Source: Monocercomonoides exilis PA203 | Taxonomy: Eukaryota; Protista; Preaxostyla | Length of the DNA: 64,000 nucleotides | Assembly (NCBI GenBank): GCA_001643675.2 | Contig: LSRY02000014.1 | Span: 1,674,001-1,738,000, forward strand | Direction: 5' to 3' | In this document: one piece after another, positions 49,090-61,371 of the stretch | Numbering within the stretch: the stretch's first letter is position 1 | Layout: every line of letters starts with the position of its first letter | The notes under the pieces: generated by a model | Told to the model about the DNA's origin: nothing | What the model saw: only the letters and a program-made list of their open reading frames with translations | Databases searched by the model: none | Made by a program: the position numbers and the translations under genes

Positions 49090-49350
49090 AAATTATTTTT
49101 GAAACCATATTATTTTTAGTAAAAATTTTCGGTTTGAATTTTTATTATGAATATTCAAAAATGAACTCTGAAAAGGAAAAGAAACATCTCAATACACCTC
49201 TACCGTATTTTTCAAGTCAAACTTTGACTTTTGAAACGATGGAAAACATTCTTAATTTAAAAAAAAGACTATTTCGCAAATGACAATGAATTTTCGATAT
49301 GATTAAACACCCCGAAAAATGTTGTGATTAAAAAATAATCACACATGTTA
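49090..49350. mobile_element. Inverted, diverged copy of the ~250-bp MITE-like element
   Basis: TTATTTTTGAAACCATA...TGTGATTAAAAAATAATCACACATGTTA; internal similarity to the reverse complement of 47790-48050. Confidence 0.5.
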
Positions 49351-49992
49351 TTCTTTTGTTTTTGTGAATATAATCAGCAATGTTTATGTTGTTTTTTGCA
49401 AATTTTGAAGATTTCCAACCAAAATAAACTCAATAATTAGCTTGAAACATGGCTTAGAACATTTCTTTCCTTTATGAAAAGAGTTGTTAGTGATAAAAAA
49501 ACACGATATAAGATAGCCAATACTGTGTTCTTCATTCTTCATTGAATATGCAAAAAATAAATCTGAAATTTTCTTTGTGAAATATTCTGAAAAGAAGTGT
49601 GCTTTCAGTTTAAATGAGACAAAAATGTGTCAGAATTCTTGTCATGTTTTTTTTATTTCACAATTATATAAAAGGATGCACAAAAATAAATCGGAAAAGA
49701 AATGAAAAATCATTTCAATAACAAATATCATTGATATTTCCACAAAGAAAAAGGTTTTTCGACTTTTATGGATTTTTGTCAACTTTTTGTCCATTTTGAA
49801 GTTTTTCGAACTTTCGACTTTGCTTGATAGCTTTTTGATTACGTTTGAAAGTTTTTTGATTTTGAAAAATTTTGGTGTATTAATTTGTCAGGAAATGTCT
49901 GTTGAATTTTTTGTCACAATTTGTCATTGACAGTCACTGACCGTCACTGACAAAAGAGAAAAATACAAATATTTCTGATGCAATCAACAATA

Positions 49993-50240
49993 ATATGTCT
50001 TAATTTATTTGAAAAGTTCTTTTTGTTGAATTTTCAAATAAAATAAAAAATTCGTATTTCAATCAAATTTTTGTTTCCACAAACGAAACTTCACTAAAAT
50101 AGTAATAATTACACATCCAATATTTTATCTTCATGACAGTGAAATTTGGTAAGTGGGAACTGAAATTTGATCGAAATATGATATTTTTTCTTTATTTGAA
50201 AATTAAACAAAAAGAACTTTTCAAAAAAATTTAGACATAT
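49993..50240. mobile_element. Hairpin MITE-like element: ~100-bp imperfect inverted arms (49993-50095 / 50138-50240)
   Basis: ATATGTCTTAATTTATTTGAAAAGTTCTTTTTGTT... pairs with ...AACAAAAAGAACTTTTCAAAAAAATTTAGACATAT; TA at both ends. Confidence 0.75.
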
Positions 50241-50635
50241 ACCATGGTGCTTCATTTAGTCTTTTGAAGTTTTCGCTATCATTTGAATAACTTTGTTTTG
50301 ATAAAATTTTTATATTTTAATTTTTAAATTTTTGTTTTTATTTTTGTTTTTATTTTTGTTTTTATTTTTTATTTTTTTGGGAAATAACAAATGGAAATGC
50401 TTTTGATAGAAAATATTAATCTGACTTGAATAAAAGAGGATGGAAAAATTTATTATCTTAGCAATTAACAGCGTTGAACATAAAACATCCTTTTAATCAT
50501 AAATTAGAAAGGAATAACAGCAATCTTTCTCTTTTCAATTGATATGAATGCGATTTCTTCTCCTCTCTTCTCCTTTCCTTTCCTTTCTTCTCCCCTCTCT
50601 CTCTCTCCAATCTTTTTAACATCAAACATTTTCAC

Positions 50636-52301
50636 TCAAAATGTGTAACATATTTTTCCTTCGACGCTGTTTGCCCATGTGTCTGTGTTAACATCGTCTG
50701 CACTTGTTTCAGAGGGTGTTGTTGACAAAATTCCCAGTTGCAGTTCTTCCTCTTCCTCAAATTCGCTTTCTGTTTCGCTTTTGATGTTGCTTCCTTCTGT
50801 TTCTCTCTCTTTTTGAGTCATGTCACTATGCTCTTTTTTTGAATTTATTCGGGTATTTTTGGAAGGTTTTCTGTGAAATTTGAGATTTTTCCTGTATTTT
50901 TTGAGTTGTTCTCCGGAAATTTCATAATTTTTGCTGATTTTTCTCCTCTTTTTCTCTAAAATATCTTTGATCTTCTTCGCTCTTTTGACCAATTTTTTCT
51001 TTTCTTTTCCTTTCTCTCTTTCATTTCCTTCTATTGCTTTTTTCTCTTCTTCATCTTCAACTCTTTCACCCATTTCATTTTTGTCTTCACTTTCCTTTTT
51101 CTCTTCTTTTTCAATCTCTTTTGGAATTACCTGCTTTTTGTGCTTTTTGACTATTATTCGAATTCTGATTTTTTTGTGTTTTTTGCTCTGTTCTGATGTT
51201 GTTTCGATCATCTCTGCACTTTCGGTTCTGTCTTCGCTTTCTTCCATTCTTTTGTCGCTTTTCCCCTTCTCTTTGATATTTGAATCTCTTTTCTCTTCAT
51301 TTTCTTTTCTCATTTCCTCCTCCTCCTCCTTTCCTTTCATTCTAACTTTTGTATTGATTTCTTTTTCTTCTTTGTCTTCTTTGTCTTCTTTTTCTTTTAC
51401 TCTTTCTCCTTTTTTCCTTGCTTTTTCTCCCTTTCTCTTTCTATCCTTATCAAAAGCCTCCGACGCTGTTGTTTTAACTGAAGTCATTTCTGATCTTCTT
51501 AATGAAATTGTGTGAATATTGTCTTCTTTTGACATTTCCATCCTTTCTTCTTCTTCTCTGATCTGTTCTTCCACAAACTCTTTCAAACTTTCCTCAACAG
51601 CTGTACCGCTGGAAAAGAAGAAAATTATATATTTTTAGAATAAAAATACATTAAAAAATTTATTTTTTTAAAATTTAGTTTTATTGAAATTACAAAATAT
51701 GTTTTACAAACCACAGCTCAAACCAATTTTCAATTAGATCATATTGTTGAGAGCACGCAAAATGCACCCATCGTCTCTTTGGTGGAATGAAAATAATTTC
51801 ATCATTGTTGCAAGCCCAATTCTGTGAATATGAGCAAATGTTGATTTTCATTGTTATTAAAAAAAATTGAAAAAATAAAGAACAATCAATTTCTCACCTT
51901 TTTGCATGGGCAATCAATAAATTTTGCGGAACAAAATTCACAATAATACGGCTCGGAAGAAGAAATATTTAGTGCTTTCAAGCAAGCCACATGCCTGCTG
52001 AATATCTCGAAATATTTTATTTAATGCATGCATTGTCAGTTTTTGCATATTTCAAGAAATATAAACAATTTTATAAAAATAGTAGAGAAAACCAACAATA
52101 GCACCGATTGCACTGAACGCTTCCACCTTTCCAATCATCATCCTTTCCACAAAAACATTTAAAAACATGTTGATACTAATCGAAATAAAGTTCAAATAAA
52201 CCACACAAAAAACAGCAGAAGTTGCATGCCTTTGAATAAATCTTCGGTGGCTCATCAATTAACGGAGAAAAGCGAACAACAAGCGGAGAACTTAATTCCA
52301 T
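50636..52301 (-). CDS. PHD-finger protein with K/E-rich tail; predicted exons 52301-52230, 52175-52093, 51997-51898, 51821-51712, 51608-50636
   Basis: Spliced frame gives CFC-x11-QCNRC-x4-HVAC-x13-CEFC (Cys4-His-Cys3), then a degenerate second finger (CPC...WVHFAC). All splice phases are consistent. Confidence 0.75.
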
Positions 52302-52631
52302 CTAAACTGTAAAGCATCTGAACAATTTGATATGGAAAATTGAGATCATTTTAACGCTTCTCAAAGGCCCGTAATTACGGTTTAAAAAAGTATTCCCTTC
52401 GAATAAATGTTTTGAATGTAGCATTAATGTACAAAACACGTAATTTGAATCGTTGTCTCAACAAGCTAAATTGAAAATTTCTGATAAAGGAAATTGCTTA
52501 TAACCATATATTCATAATAGTTTAAAATTATTGCTTTTTACAAATGAAAATAACTACTTCGATATCGAAATTTTGTCATTTTTTATTTTTTCATATTCCC
52601 ATATTTAGTTTGTTAATTGTGAGAAAACTTC
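52302..52631. promoter_or_regulatory. Probable bidirectional promoter between the PHD gene and PTEN
   Basis: 330 bp between the divergent predicted start codons. No specific motif identified. Confidence 0.45.
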
Positions 52632-53772
52632 ATGAACTTTTTCAGAAGATTGGTGTCTCTTGAGAAACGTCGCCATAAGGACACTCAACTTAATCTTGAA
52701 CTGGATCTTGCTTGTATGATTCAATTATCATTTTAACGTTAGGAAAATGATGAACCTTTTCGTTCATGATTTTCATTTTCACTTCGAATTGCAAATGTTT
52801 TATCCATTAAATATGAAGATATAACTCCAAGGTATGCATAAAATATTGAAATGCATTTTTTCTTTTTGTTGTTATCTCTTGTGAAATTTTCTCAAACTTT
52901 TTAATGTTTTTGCTATTTTATTTATCGATTTCAACACATTCGTTTTTATTATTTCTATGAATCTATTTACGATATTTCAAATAACAGAATTGTTGCGATG
53001 GGATATCCTTCTTCAGGAGTGGAAGTTATTTATCGAAATCCAATGGATTTAGTCAAGAAGTTCTTGAACTTTCATCACAAAGATCATTACAGATTGTACA
53101 ATTTGTTTGTCATACATGTAATTTAAAAATTTGATAGTTTTAACTAATTGTTTTGATTTGATCCTCATTTCTAAAAAAATGAACTTATTTTTTTGAAAAA
53201 TATCTAGATGTTGTGAATCGAACAGACAATATGATCATTCGAATTTCGAAGGAAGAGTTGGGTGCTACCCATTTGCGGATCACAACTGCCCACGATTTGA
53301 GATGATGGAGGCATTTTGCCACGATGCAGTTTGGATTATGCAATATGAATGATAAAATGCAATTGTGTTAATTTTTAAATGAACATTTTTCAATTTATAA
53401 TCCAATGTGTTTCATTGAATGATAATCAAAATTGAATCCAACAAATCAAAATTTTCTTTACTAACTTGCAATTTATTTCTCTCTCACTTTTTTTCTCTTT
53501 CTTTCTATTTTTTATATTCCCTTTCATTCTTTGAGGATGCGTGGATGAATGCTGACCCGGAGAATGTGTGTATCATCCACTGCAAAGCCGGAAAAGGGCG
53601 GACGGGGCTGATGATATGCTGCCTGCTTCTGTATCAGCGCCAGTGGGACTCGGCAGAAGGGGCGATGCGATACTACGGGCACGCTAGGACGAAGAATAGC
53701 AAGGTGTGGGTGATGTGAATGAGAGGATGAGTAGATATTTTGTGTGTTTGTTTGTTTGTTTGTTTGTTTGTT

Positions 53773-53837
<65 letters not shown>

Positions 53838-55045
53838 GTGTGTGTGTGTGTGTGTGTAAGATGAGAAAATAGATGGAGGAAAATAGTTTTTATTTGAAAA
53901 GAGGGGGAAAAAAGGGACGGAAAAAAAAAATGGAAATGGAAATGGAAATAACTTGAATAACTTGAATTATTTTGAATTTTAACTTTTTGTAATTTTTATT
54001 CCAAAAATCAATTGATTTTGTTTCTCAATTTATGCATTTATTTCCCTACGAATTTATTTATTGATTTGTATGCATCTTAACATATATGTCTTTCTTTCTT
54101 TCTCTTTCTCTCTCTTTCTCTTCTCTTTCTCTTCTCTTTCTCTTCTCTTTATTCTTATATTTCTTCTTCTCATTTCTCTCAATTTCTTTATCTTTATCTT
54201 TATCTCTCTCTCTCCCTCCCTCCCTCAGGGTCTCACCATCCCCTCCCAGATCCGCTATGTGGAGTATTTCACACGCTATCTCCACCGTCCTCTTTCTCTC
54301 CCTCTCCTCCGCCCAGAAATGTGGAATGCCATTTTGAAACCAGCTCCTGTAGAGGAGAAAATGACACTGGATCGAGTGGATTCGAAGAAGGGGCTGATTA
54401 TTAATGTGGAGAAGGAGAAGGAGAAGGAGAAGAAAGAGGGGAAAGAGAAGGAGAAGGAAGGGAAAGAGGGGAAAGAAGGGAAGAAAGAAGAGAAGGAGAA
54501 GGAGAAGGAGAAGGGAAAAGAAAAAGAGGAAAAAGAGGAGAAAGAGAAAGAAAAGAAAGAAAATGAAAATAATGAAGTAAATTCATCACAAACTTCATCA
54601 TCATCATCGTCTTCTTCTTCCTCTTCCTCTTCCTCTTCTTCTTCCATAGTTCAATGCAAACCCAAAATTCCCTCTAAATTTCCAGTCACTTTTCCTTCGA
54701 CTCTTCTCGTTTCTCGTCGCCTTCTTTTGCTTTCAGTCAGAATTGCTCCTCTTCCTTACTTGAAGAAGAACAAGAAATTCGGTTTGGAAGTAGAAGAAGA
54801 AGAAGATGTTTTATTTCTTTCTTTTTCTTTTCTTTTCTTTCTTTCTTTTCTTTTCTTTTTTTTTTTCTTTTGTTTTTCAAATTTTTTAACTGTTCTTCTT
54901 CCACTTTTCCTTCTTCATCTTCTTCTTATTTGAATTCTTATTTTTTCTTCCCTTTTCTGCTTCTATTATTGTATTTTATATCTTTCCTTCGAAACAATTT
55001 ATTTATTTATTTATTTACAATATAATTCTTCTCTCTCTCTCTTTC

Positions 55046-55142
<97 letters not shown>

Positions 55143-55147
55143 CTATC

Positions 55148-55178
<31 letters not shown>

Positions 55179-55757
55179 TTTTTTTTTTTTCTTTTTATTT
55201 CCATATATCTTTAAATTTTCTCCAAAACAAAGTCCCCACCTTCACGATTCTCCAAGACGACTCGGTAGTCTTTGACTATGCGTCTGAGATGGCAGGGATC
55301 AAAAGGAGTGAATATGCAGAGAAGATGACAGAAGAGAACAGAAGAGGAGTTTGTGTGATAGATGCCTCAGGAAGGGACGAGCATGATAATTATGAGGTGG
55401 AGGAGAAGAAGGAAGAAAGAGAAAGAGAAGGAAGAGAAGGAAGAGAAGGAAGAGAAGGAGAAAGAAACGAGAAGGAGAAAGACGACAAAAATGGCAAAAA
55501 TGGCAAAAATGGCAAAAATGACAAAAACAAGAAGAAAGCGAAGAAAACATCAGGAGAAATTGAGATGAAGGAGAAGAAAGGGAATTTGAAGGAATATGAC
55601 CCAGAAGAAGTGACATGCTGTGATTTGTGCGGATTCAGTGTGGAATTAAATGGAGATCTGAAATTTGTGTTCAGAAATAAGACGAAGGTGTGTTTGTATT
55701 TGTGTGTGTGTGTGAAAAGAGAAAAGAGAGAAAGAAAAGGAGAAGAGGGAGAGAAGA

Positions 55758-55798
<41 letters not shown>

Positions 55799-55801
55799 GA
55801 A

Positions 55802-55834
<33 letters not shown>

Positions 55835-56198
55835 AAGAGAGAAAGAGAGAAAGAGAGAAAGAGAGAAAGAGAGAAAGAGAGAAAGAGAGAAAGAGAGAAG
55901 GAGAAGAGAGAGAAGGAGAAAGAGATAATGGATATGAATAAATGAATGAGATTTTTTATAACAACATTATATTTTTCTGTTCTTTATCTCTCTCTTTTTT
56001 TTCCTCTCTATTTCTTTCTTTCTTTCTTTCCTTTCCCCTTCTCTTCAGCCCATCTTCCAGTTCTGGCTGAACACCGCATTTATTGATTATTCTCCTCTTC
56101 GCCTGACAAAAAGGGAAATAGACAAAGTTGTGAAGGACAAAAAGAACAAGAAATATCCAGCTGATTTCCATGTGGATCTTGTATGGAAGAGGGTTTAA
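52632..56198 (+). CDS. PTEN: PTEN-family PIP3 3-phosphatase (phosphatase + C2); predicted exons 52632-52713, 52819-52831, 52988-53104, 53208-53328, 53536-53703, 54229-54781, 55233-55687, 56049-56198
   Basis: LVS..KRR...LDLAY-ITPR-IVAMGYP...YRNP...YNLC...PFADHNCP; intact P-loop HCKAGKGRTG; GLTIPSQIRYV; C2 motifs GDLKFVF and FQFWLNTAFI...LTKREIDK. GT-AG introns with consistent phases. Confidence 0.95.
53742..53857 (+). repeat. (GTTT)n/(GT)n/(GTAT)n compound microsatellite in PTEN intron 5
   Basis: Directly visible. Confidence 0.95.
55027..55192 (+). repeat. (TTTC)n/(CT)n/(CTATCT)n compound microsatellite in PTEN intron 6
   Basis: Directly visible. Confidence 0.95.
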
Positions 56199-57900
56199 TA
56201 GAAGAAGGAAGAAAAAGAGAAGGAAGAGAGAGAGAAGGAGAAGAAAGAAGAAAGAAGAAAGTTGAAAAAAGGAAGAAAGAAGAAGGAAAAAAGAGAGAAG
56301 GAAGAAGGAAGAAGAGAGAAAGGGAAGGAGAAAAGGAGAGAGAAGGAGAAGAGTAAAGGAAAAGGATAAAATAAAGTTGGCTTTTATATGAAAGGTTTGC
56401 TTTTTGATATTTAACTTTTTATGTAATTTAATTCTGTTTTGTTTTCAGCCATTTTTTGTTATTTTTATTGTTTTATTTTTTTATCTTGTGGTTTGGGATA
56501 TTTGTTTTTCAAAAAGGAATTATTTTCCATTAAAATAAATAAATGGGAGAATAGAAAAAAGCATGAAGACGGGAAAAGATAAAATGGTTGAAAGCCCATA
56601 AATCAAAATAACATGTTTTTGATTTATTTTTGTTGAAGTTGCATCATTTAAAATATTAAAATGTCTTTTAACACATCACAGCTCTTTCACTATCTTTTCT
56701 GTATTTCTTTGTTTAGGTTTATTTTGTTCAAAAAATTAAATTTCTTTTCTTTTCTTTTATTATCCTTTTTTATTTATTTATTTATTTATTTGTTTGCTTA
56801 TAGATTTCTTCTTCTGTTTAATGTTTTGTTGAATTTTCCATGCATTCTGCTTTTAACGAACAAGTCATTCAAAGCAAATTGCAAACTAATAAAAAAGACA
56901 AAGACAAACAAATAAACAAACGAAGAAAGGAAAGAAGAAAGAAAGGCAAAACAATTGTTAAGTTTTATTGAATTTAATTAAATTAAATTCAAAAAATGAA
57001 AAAAAAAATATTATCAAATATGGAGAGGGAATATTAAGCATACACAAACAGAAAAATAAAATAGACTCTTCAAAAAACATCAAAAAAAAAAAAATAAATA
57101 AATAAAATAAAAATTAAATAGAAGAAAATAAAAATAAGCTGAATGGACGAAGAAAATGAAGAGAAAGTCTATCAAACTAATAAATGCTTCTTTGACTGAG
57201 TCAAAAAAAAATAATAACATAAGAAAGGTGCTTGAAGCAAACTTGCAAAAAAGATGTGATCTTCATAAATTTTCAAAACCTTTAATAAAAAAAAATTAAA
57301 AAATATGAAGAATAACTGAAAAAAAATTATGGTATTTCTTTAAATAACATTCATGAATAACTTACATCTAACATTTATAAGTCATAATGAATATCTTAAT
57401 TTTCTTAAAAAAATAACAAAATTAAAAAAAAAAATATATTTGTCAATAATAAATAATAAATTAAATTAAACACATTCTATTTATTTGATTTTTTTTCTGT
57501 TGATTCAAAATTAAAAAAAAAAAATAAATGGAAAATACAATAATTTTCAGACACCAAACGCCAAACGCCAAATACAACCCCAAATACAATTCCAATTCCA
57601 ATTCCAAGCCCTAACTTAAAAATATTAAAAAAAGTCAAAGAAAAAGAATAAATTCAAAGTCAAAGAAAAAGAATAAATTCGAGTTTATGTTTAAATCAAA
57701 CTTAAACTCAGTCCCAAAATAAGCAGAGTGGTTGATAAGATATTCCCCTTTCTCCTTTCTCCATTCTCCATTCTCCATTCCTCATTCCTTCTATTCCCTT
57801 CCCTCTCTCTTTCTAATTCCTCTCCTTTCCTTCTCTTTCTTTCTCTCTCTCTTCTTTTCATTCTTCTCTTCTTCTTCCTCTCTCTTCCTCCTCTCCTTTT

Positions 57901-58642
57901 CTAATTCAACGGCCACATCGCCTCTGCCACCACCACCCACAGCATAAACACCGGCAGAGTAAGAATAAACGAGCCAATCAGCTGCGACGTCGCTGTTTCT
58001 CCTTCATACACCCCATACTCCTTCGAAATAGAAAACGGGACATTTGCCACTGGAAGACAGCTGATTAACAACAAAGCGTGTTTCTGCCAGTTTTCCAGGT
58101 GGAAGGCGATTGCGAGGGGAAGCATAAACACAGGGGCGATGAGGAAGCGGAGCACAATTTGCGAAATAAGCATTGGGATCGAAAGTTTTACCGGTGCAGG
58201 AGAAACTGGCGGAGGGGACGGAGAGGGGATTTTGTTCGGCGGCGCCGACGACGCCGGAATAAAACACTGCTCCAAATGTTGGTCGCCGGAATTATTTGAG
58301 TCCGAAGGCGAATCCGGAGAATTAGATGAGTTGGAAGAATGGGAGGAATTAGAAGAATTGGAAGAAAGGGAAGGAGAATACTCGGCTCGTGAGAATTCTG
58401 CAGAAGGGTGCATAATTTGCAGTGTTTGGTTGGAGGAATCGGATGATTCGGATGATTCGGAGGAACCGGAGAAATTCGGAGATTCGGAGAAACTGTTATG
58501 AGAGACCAAAGGCTGGGTGGAAGAGGAAGGAGAGCTGAAATCGCTGGATTTGGGAGAGATGGGTGCTGTTGAGTCTTGTTTAGGGGTGTTACTCTCAGAG
58601 GAAAGAGAAGGAGAGGAAGAGGAAGAGGAAGAGGAAGAAAAG

Positions 58643-58677
<35 letters not shown>

Positions 58678-60848
58678 TGATGAAGTGATATCCAGAGTTT
58701 GCATTGCACACAAATCTTGCGATTTTCCTGCTTCTTCTGCTTTATTTTCTTTATTTTCCTCTTCTTTCTCTTCTTTTCTCTCTTCTTTTTCTTTGCTTTT
58801 CACAAAAGAATCGTCATTCTGTCTGGGTAGCAGTGCAACTGAATGTGCCCGTCCTTCTTCGTCGAGATATGTCATCGGCGGCGAAAGCACTCCTTTTGCC
58901 CTCATTTCTGGTGAGTTGTCGCTTATACTGCTGTTGTTATTAGTGTTATTCTCTTTATTGTTATTATCATTGTTATTTTTATTGTTGTCATCATCATTTT
59001 TAATACTTCTATTGTTATTGCTTTTATTATTATCTTCACTTGATTTATTTGATTCACTTTCTCTTCTATTCTGTTCATTTGGGTCATTTTCATTTTTCCC
59101 TTCTTTTGCCTCGTCTGCTTTTGAAAACCGGCCAAATTGAAGTGCTTCGCTTTCGGCAGCTGACTGCACAAACACATTGGGCATATCTTCAGTCTTCACT
59201 GAGACATCAATGGAATCAGAGGAAGAGGAAGAGGATGAAGAAGATGAAGATGAATCTGAAGAATCAGAAGAGGAAGAAGAATTTGAAGAAGAGGAAGAAG
59301 AAGAAAATTCAGTCACAACAATTCGACTTCTCGAAGTCTTCTGTTTTTCTCCGGCTGTTTTTTCTTCTCTTTCCATTTTATCTTCATTTTGCTCTTCATT
59401 ATTTGTTGAATATTCCCCCTTTGCCCGCTCCATTTCCTGACTCCCACTATTATTTTTATCATCATTATTATTCCTGCTATCTTTTTCTGCTTCATTTTCA
59501 ATGCCTGCAGACTCAGAAGCAGGAAACACTAATAATTCATTCTCAGGTGTGTCTGGCAAATCAGTTTGATCGCTCGAAGAACTGCTTTCATTCCTGCTGT
59601 TTTTGCCTTTGCCTTTTTCATTGTCTTTATCTTTGTTGTTATCTTTACTATTATCATTACTATTTTCACTGCTGCTTTCTCCTTTTCCTCCCTTTCCTTC
59701 TCCTTCTCCTTCTCCTCCTCCTCCTCCTTCTTCTTCTTCTTGCTTGTTATCTGAACATTGCCCCATCTCCACAAGTTTAGATTGATTCACTGTGTCTTTT
59801 TTGTTGTGCTTCTTTTTGCGGAACAATGCTCGCTTAATTCTTCTCTTGTGCTTAGCGAAGTCGATGGCCAGAGGAGGATAATGGGCGCTTCATCCGATGA
59901 TGATAATGATGAGGATAATGGCAATAATTAATTTGAATCATCATTATTTCACAAATCAATCGAAAAAAAAGACATAATTTTTAAATATATTCGAGATGAA
60001 AAAAAGCATCAAAACAATAAATAAATAAATAATAAGTGCATACGCAAATACCCCAAGAGTGTACATGCACACGCAAAGAACCGAATTTGCTCCAGATGAA
60101 ACAACCTTCATCAGCCAAGAAGGAATAACACCAGTTGTTTGAAGAACGCTGTAGTTGAGAATAATTCCCAATACGCTGCCCCAAACAATAGGATTTTTGA
60201 TAACACGTAAAGCAATTTTAAGTATCATTTTAACAGTCTTTCCGCAAGTCATGCTAGAGCCATCATTATTTTCATTAATATGTTTTAACTTTTCCTTTCT
60301 ATATTCCAGAAGGAAAACAGCCCAGAGAAATCCAATAACTGAATCCGGAAGAGATGCAAGCCCACAAAGAAGAGACATTGCATAAGTGGGATAGTATGAT
60401 ACAAGATAAAAACTTTACAAAAAAATTTAAAATATAAAGAATGTTAAACATATCATACTTGCCATATGTGATACAATTTCCAAATATTGAATGTAAATAG
60501 AGTGATACGTACTCCGAGGTTGAATACCTCTTGGAAAAAATAAATGGAATGGCCAAAACAAACGCCATTATAATTTTATGAAGCATAATCGGGATTAGGA
60601 ACATAAGATCTTCGGGAGTAAGCGGATAACTTAAAAAAAGAATAAGTTATTACAAAAATTAACAGAGCATACGTTAAAAATGAAATTAAAATGGCACATG
60701 GAATAAGTAAATATAATGCTAAAGTGTTCAGAATAGCTGTGCCATTTGTTCCGATAATTCTCAAAACTCCGCAAAGCCAACCAATAAGAAACAAAATCAA
60801 TGAAGGAATTAATACATTCACCAATGCTTCAACGATTGCATGAGCCAT
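57901..60848 (-). CDS. Auxin efflux carrier (AEC/PIN-PILS, Mem_trans)-family transporter; predicted exons 60848-60673, 60629-60459, 60412-60044, 59887-57901
   Basis: N-terminal TM block (LIGWL..LN.LALY.LIP), FGN...G, KNPIVWG, MYTLG and C-terminal RFLIAP...LP.A..PF...EY motifs of the family. Splice phases are consistent. Confidence 0.85.
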
Positions 60849-61371
60849 TCAATATTTAAGAAAATAATATAGGGTATCCTGATATATAATACCATTTTTT
60901 GAACGGGTTATTTTCCACAGAAATAAATATTGATCATGCGACCAAGATTAAAATATAACTGTCATCAATTTGAACTTGATGCGGTGAAAAAAATGCTTGA
61001 AATGAGCACCAATCAAACCAAATTTGTTGTGAATAAAAGAAAAATAAAAGAATTTTTCATAAAAATTTTCACTTCTTGTTCTTTCAATTTTCATTCGTAC
61101 AACAGAACATTAAATGAAAAAGTCGATCTGATATAAAATATTTTAATTGAAAGTTGTAAGAAAACGAATGTTGATTCAATAACAAAACTTGTAAAAATCT
61201 TAATTTGCAAAATAAATATTTGCTTTTTTAAAAAATAAACGTCTCAAGGAGTTGAATGAAAGCAAGAAAAAATAAATAAATTGCTTTCTCATCCAAATCA
61301 TCCTTCTCACATACCATTGAAATTATAAAAAAATTGTCCATTTGTAATTCAAACAGATAGGATTTTATTGT

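Noticed and set aside
55690-55945. (ER/EK)n C-terminal extension of ORF 55289..55945
   Set aside because: Lies after the AAG|GTGTGT donor within PTEN intron 7; the conserved C2 sequence resumes at 56049.
60455-60465. GCAAGT as a GC donor in the transporter gene
   Set aside because: Phase only fits the adjacent canonical AA|GTATGA donor.
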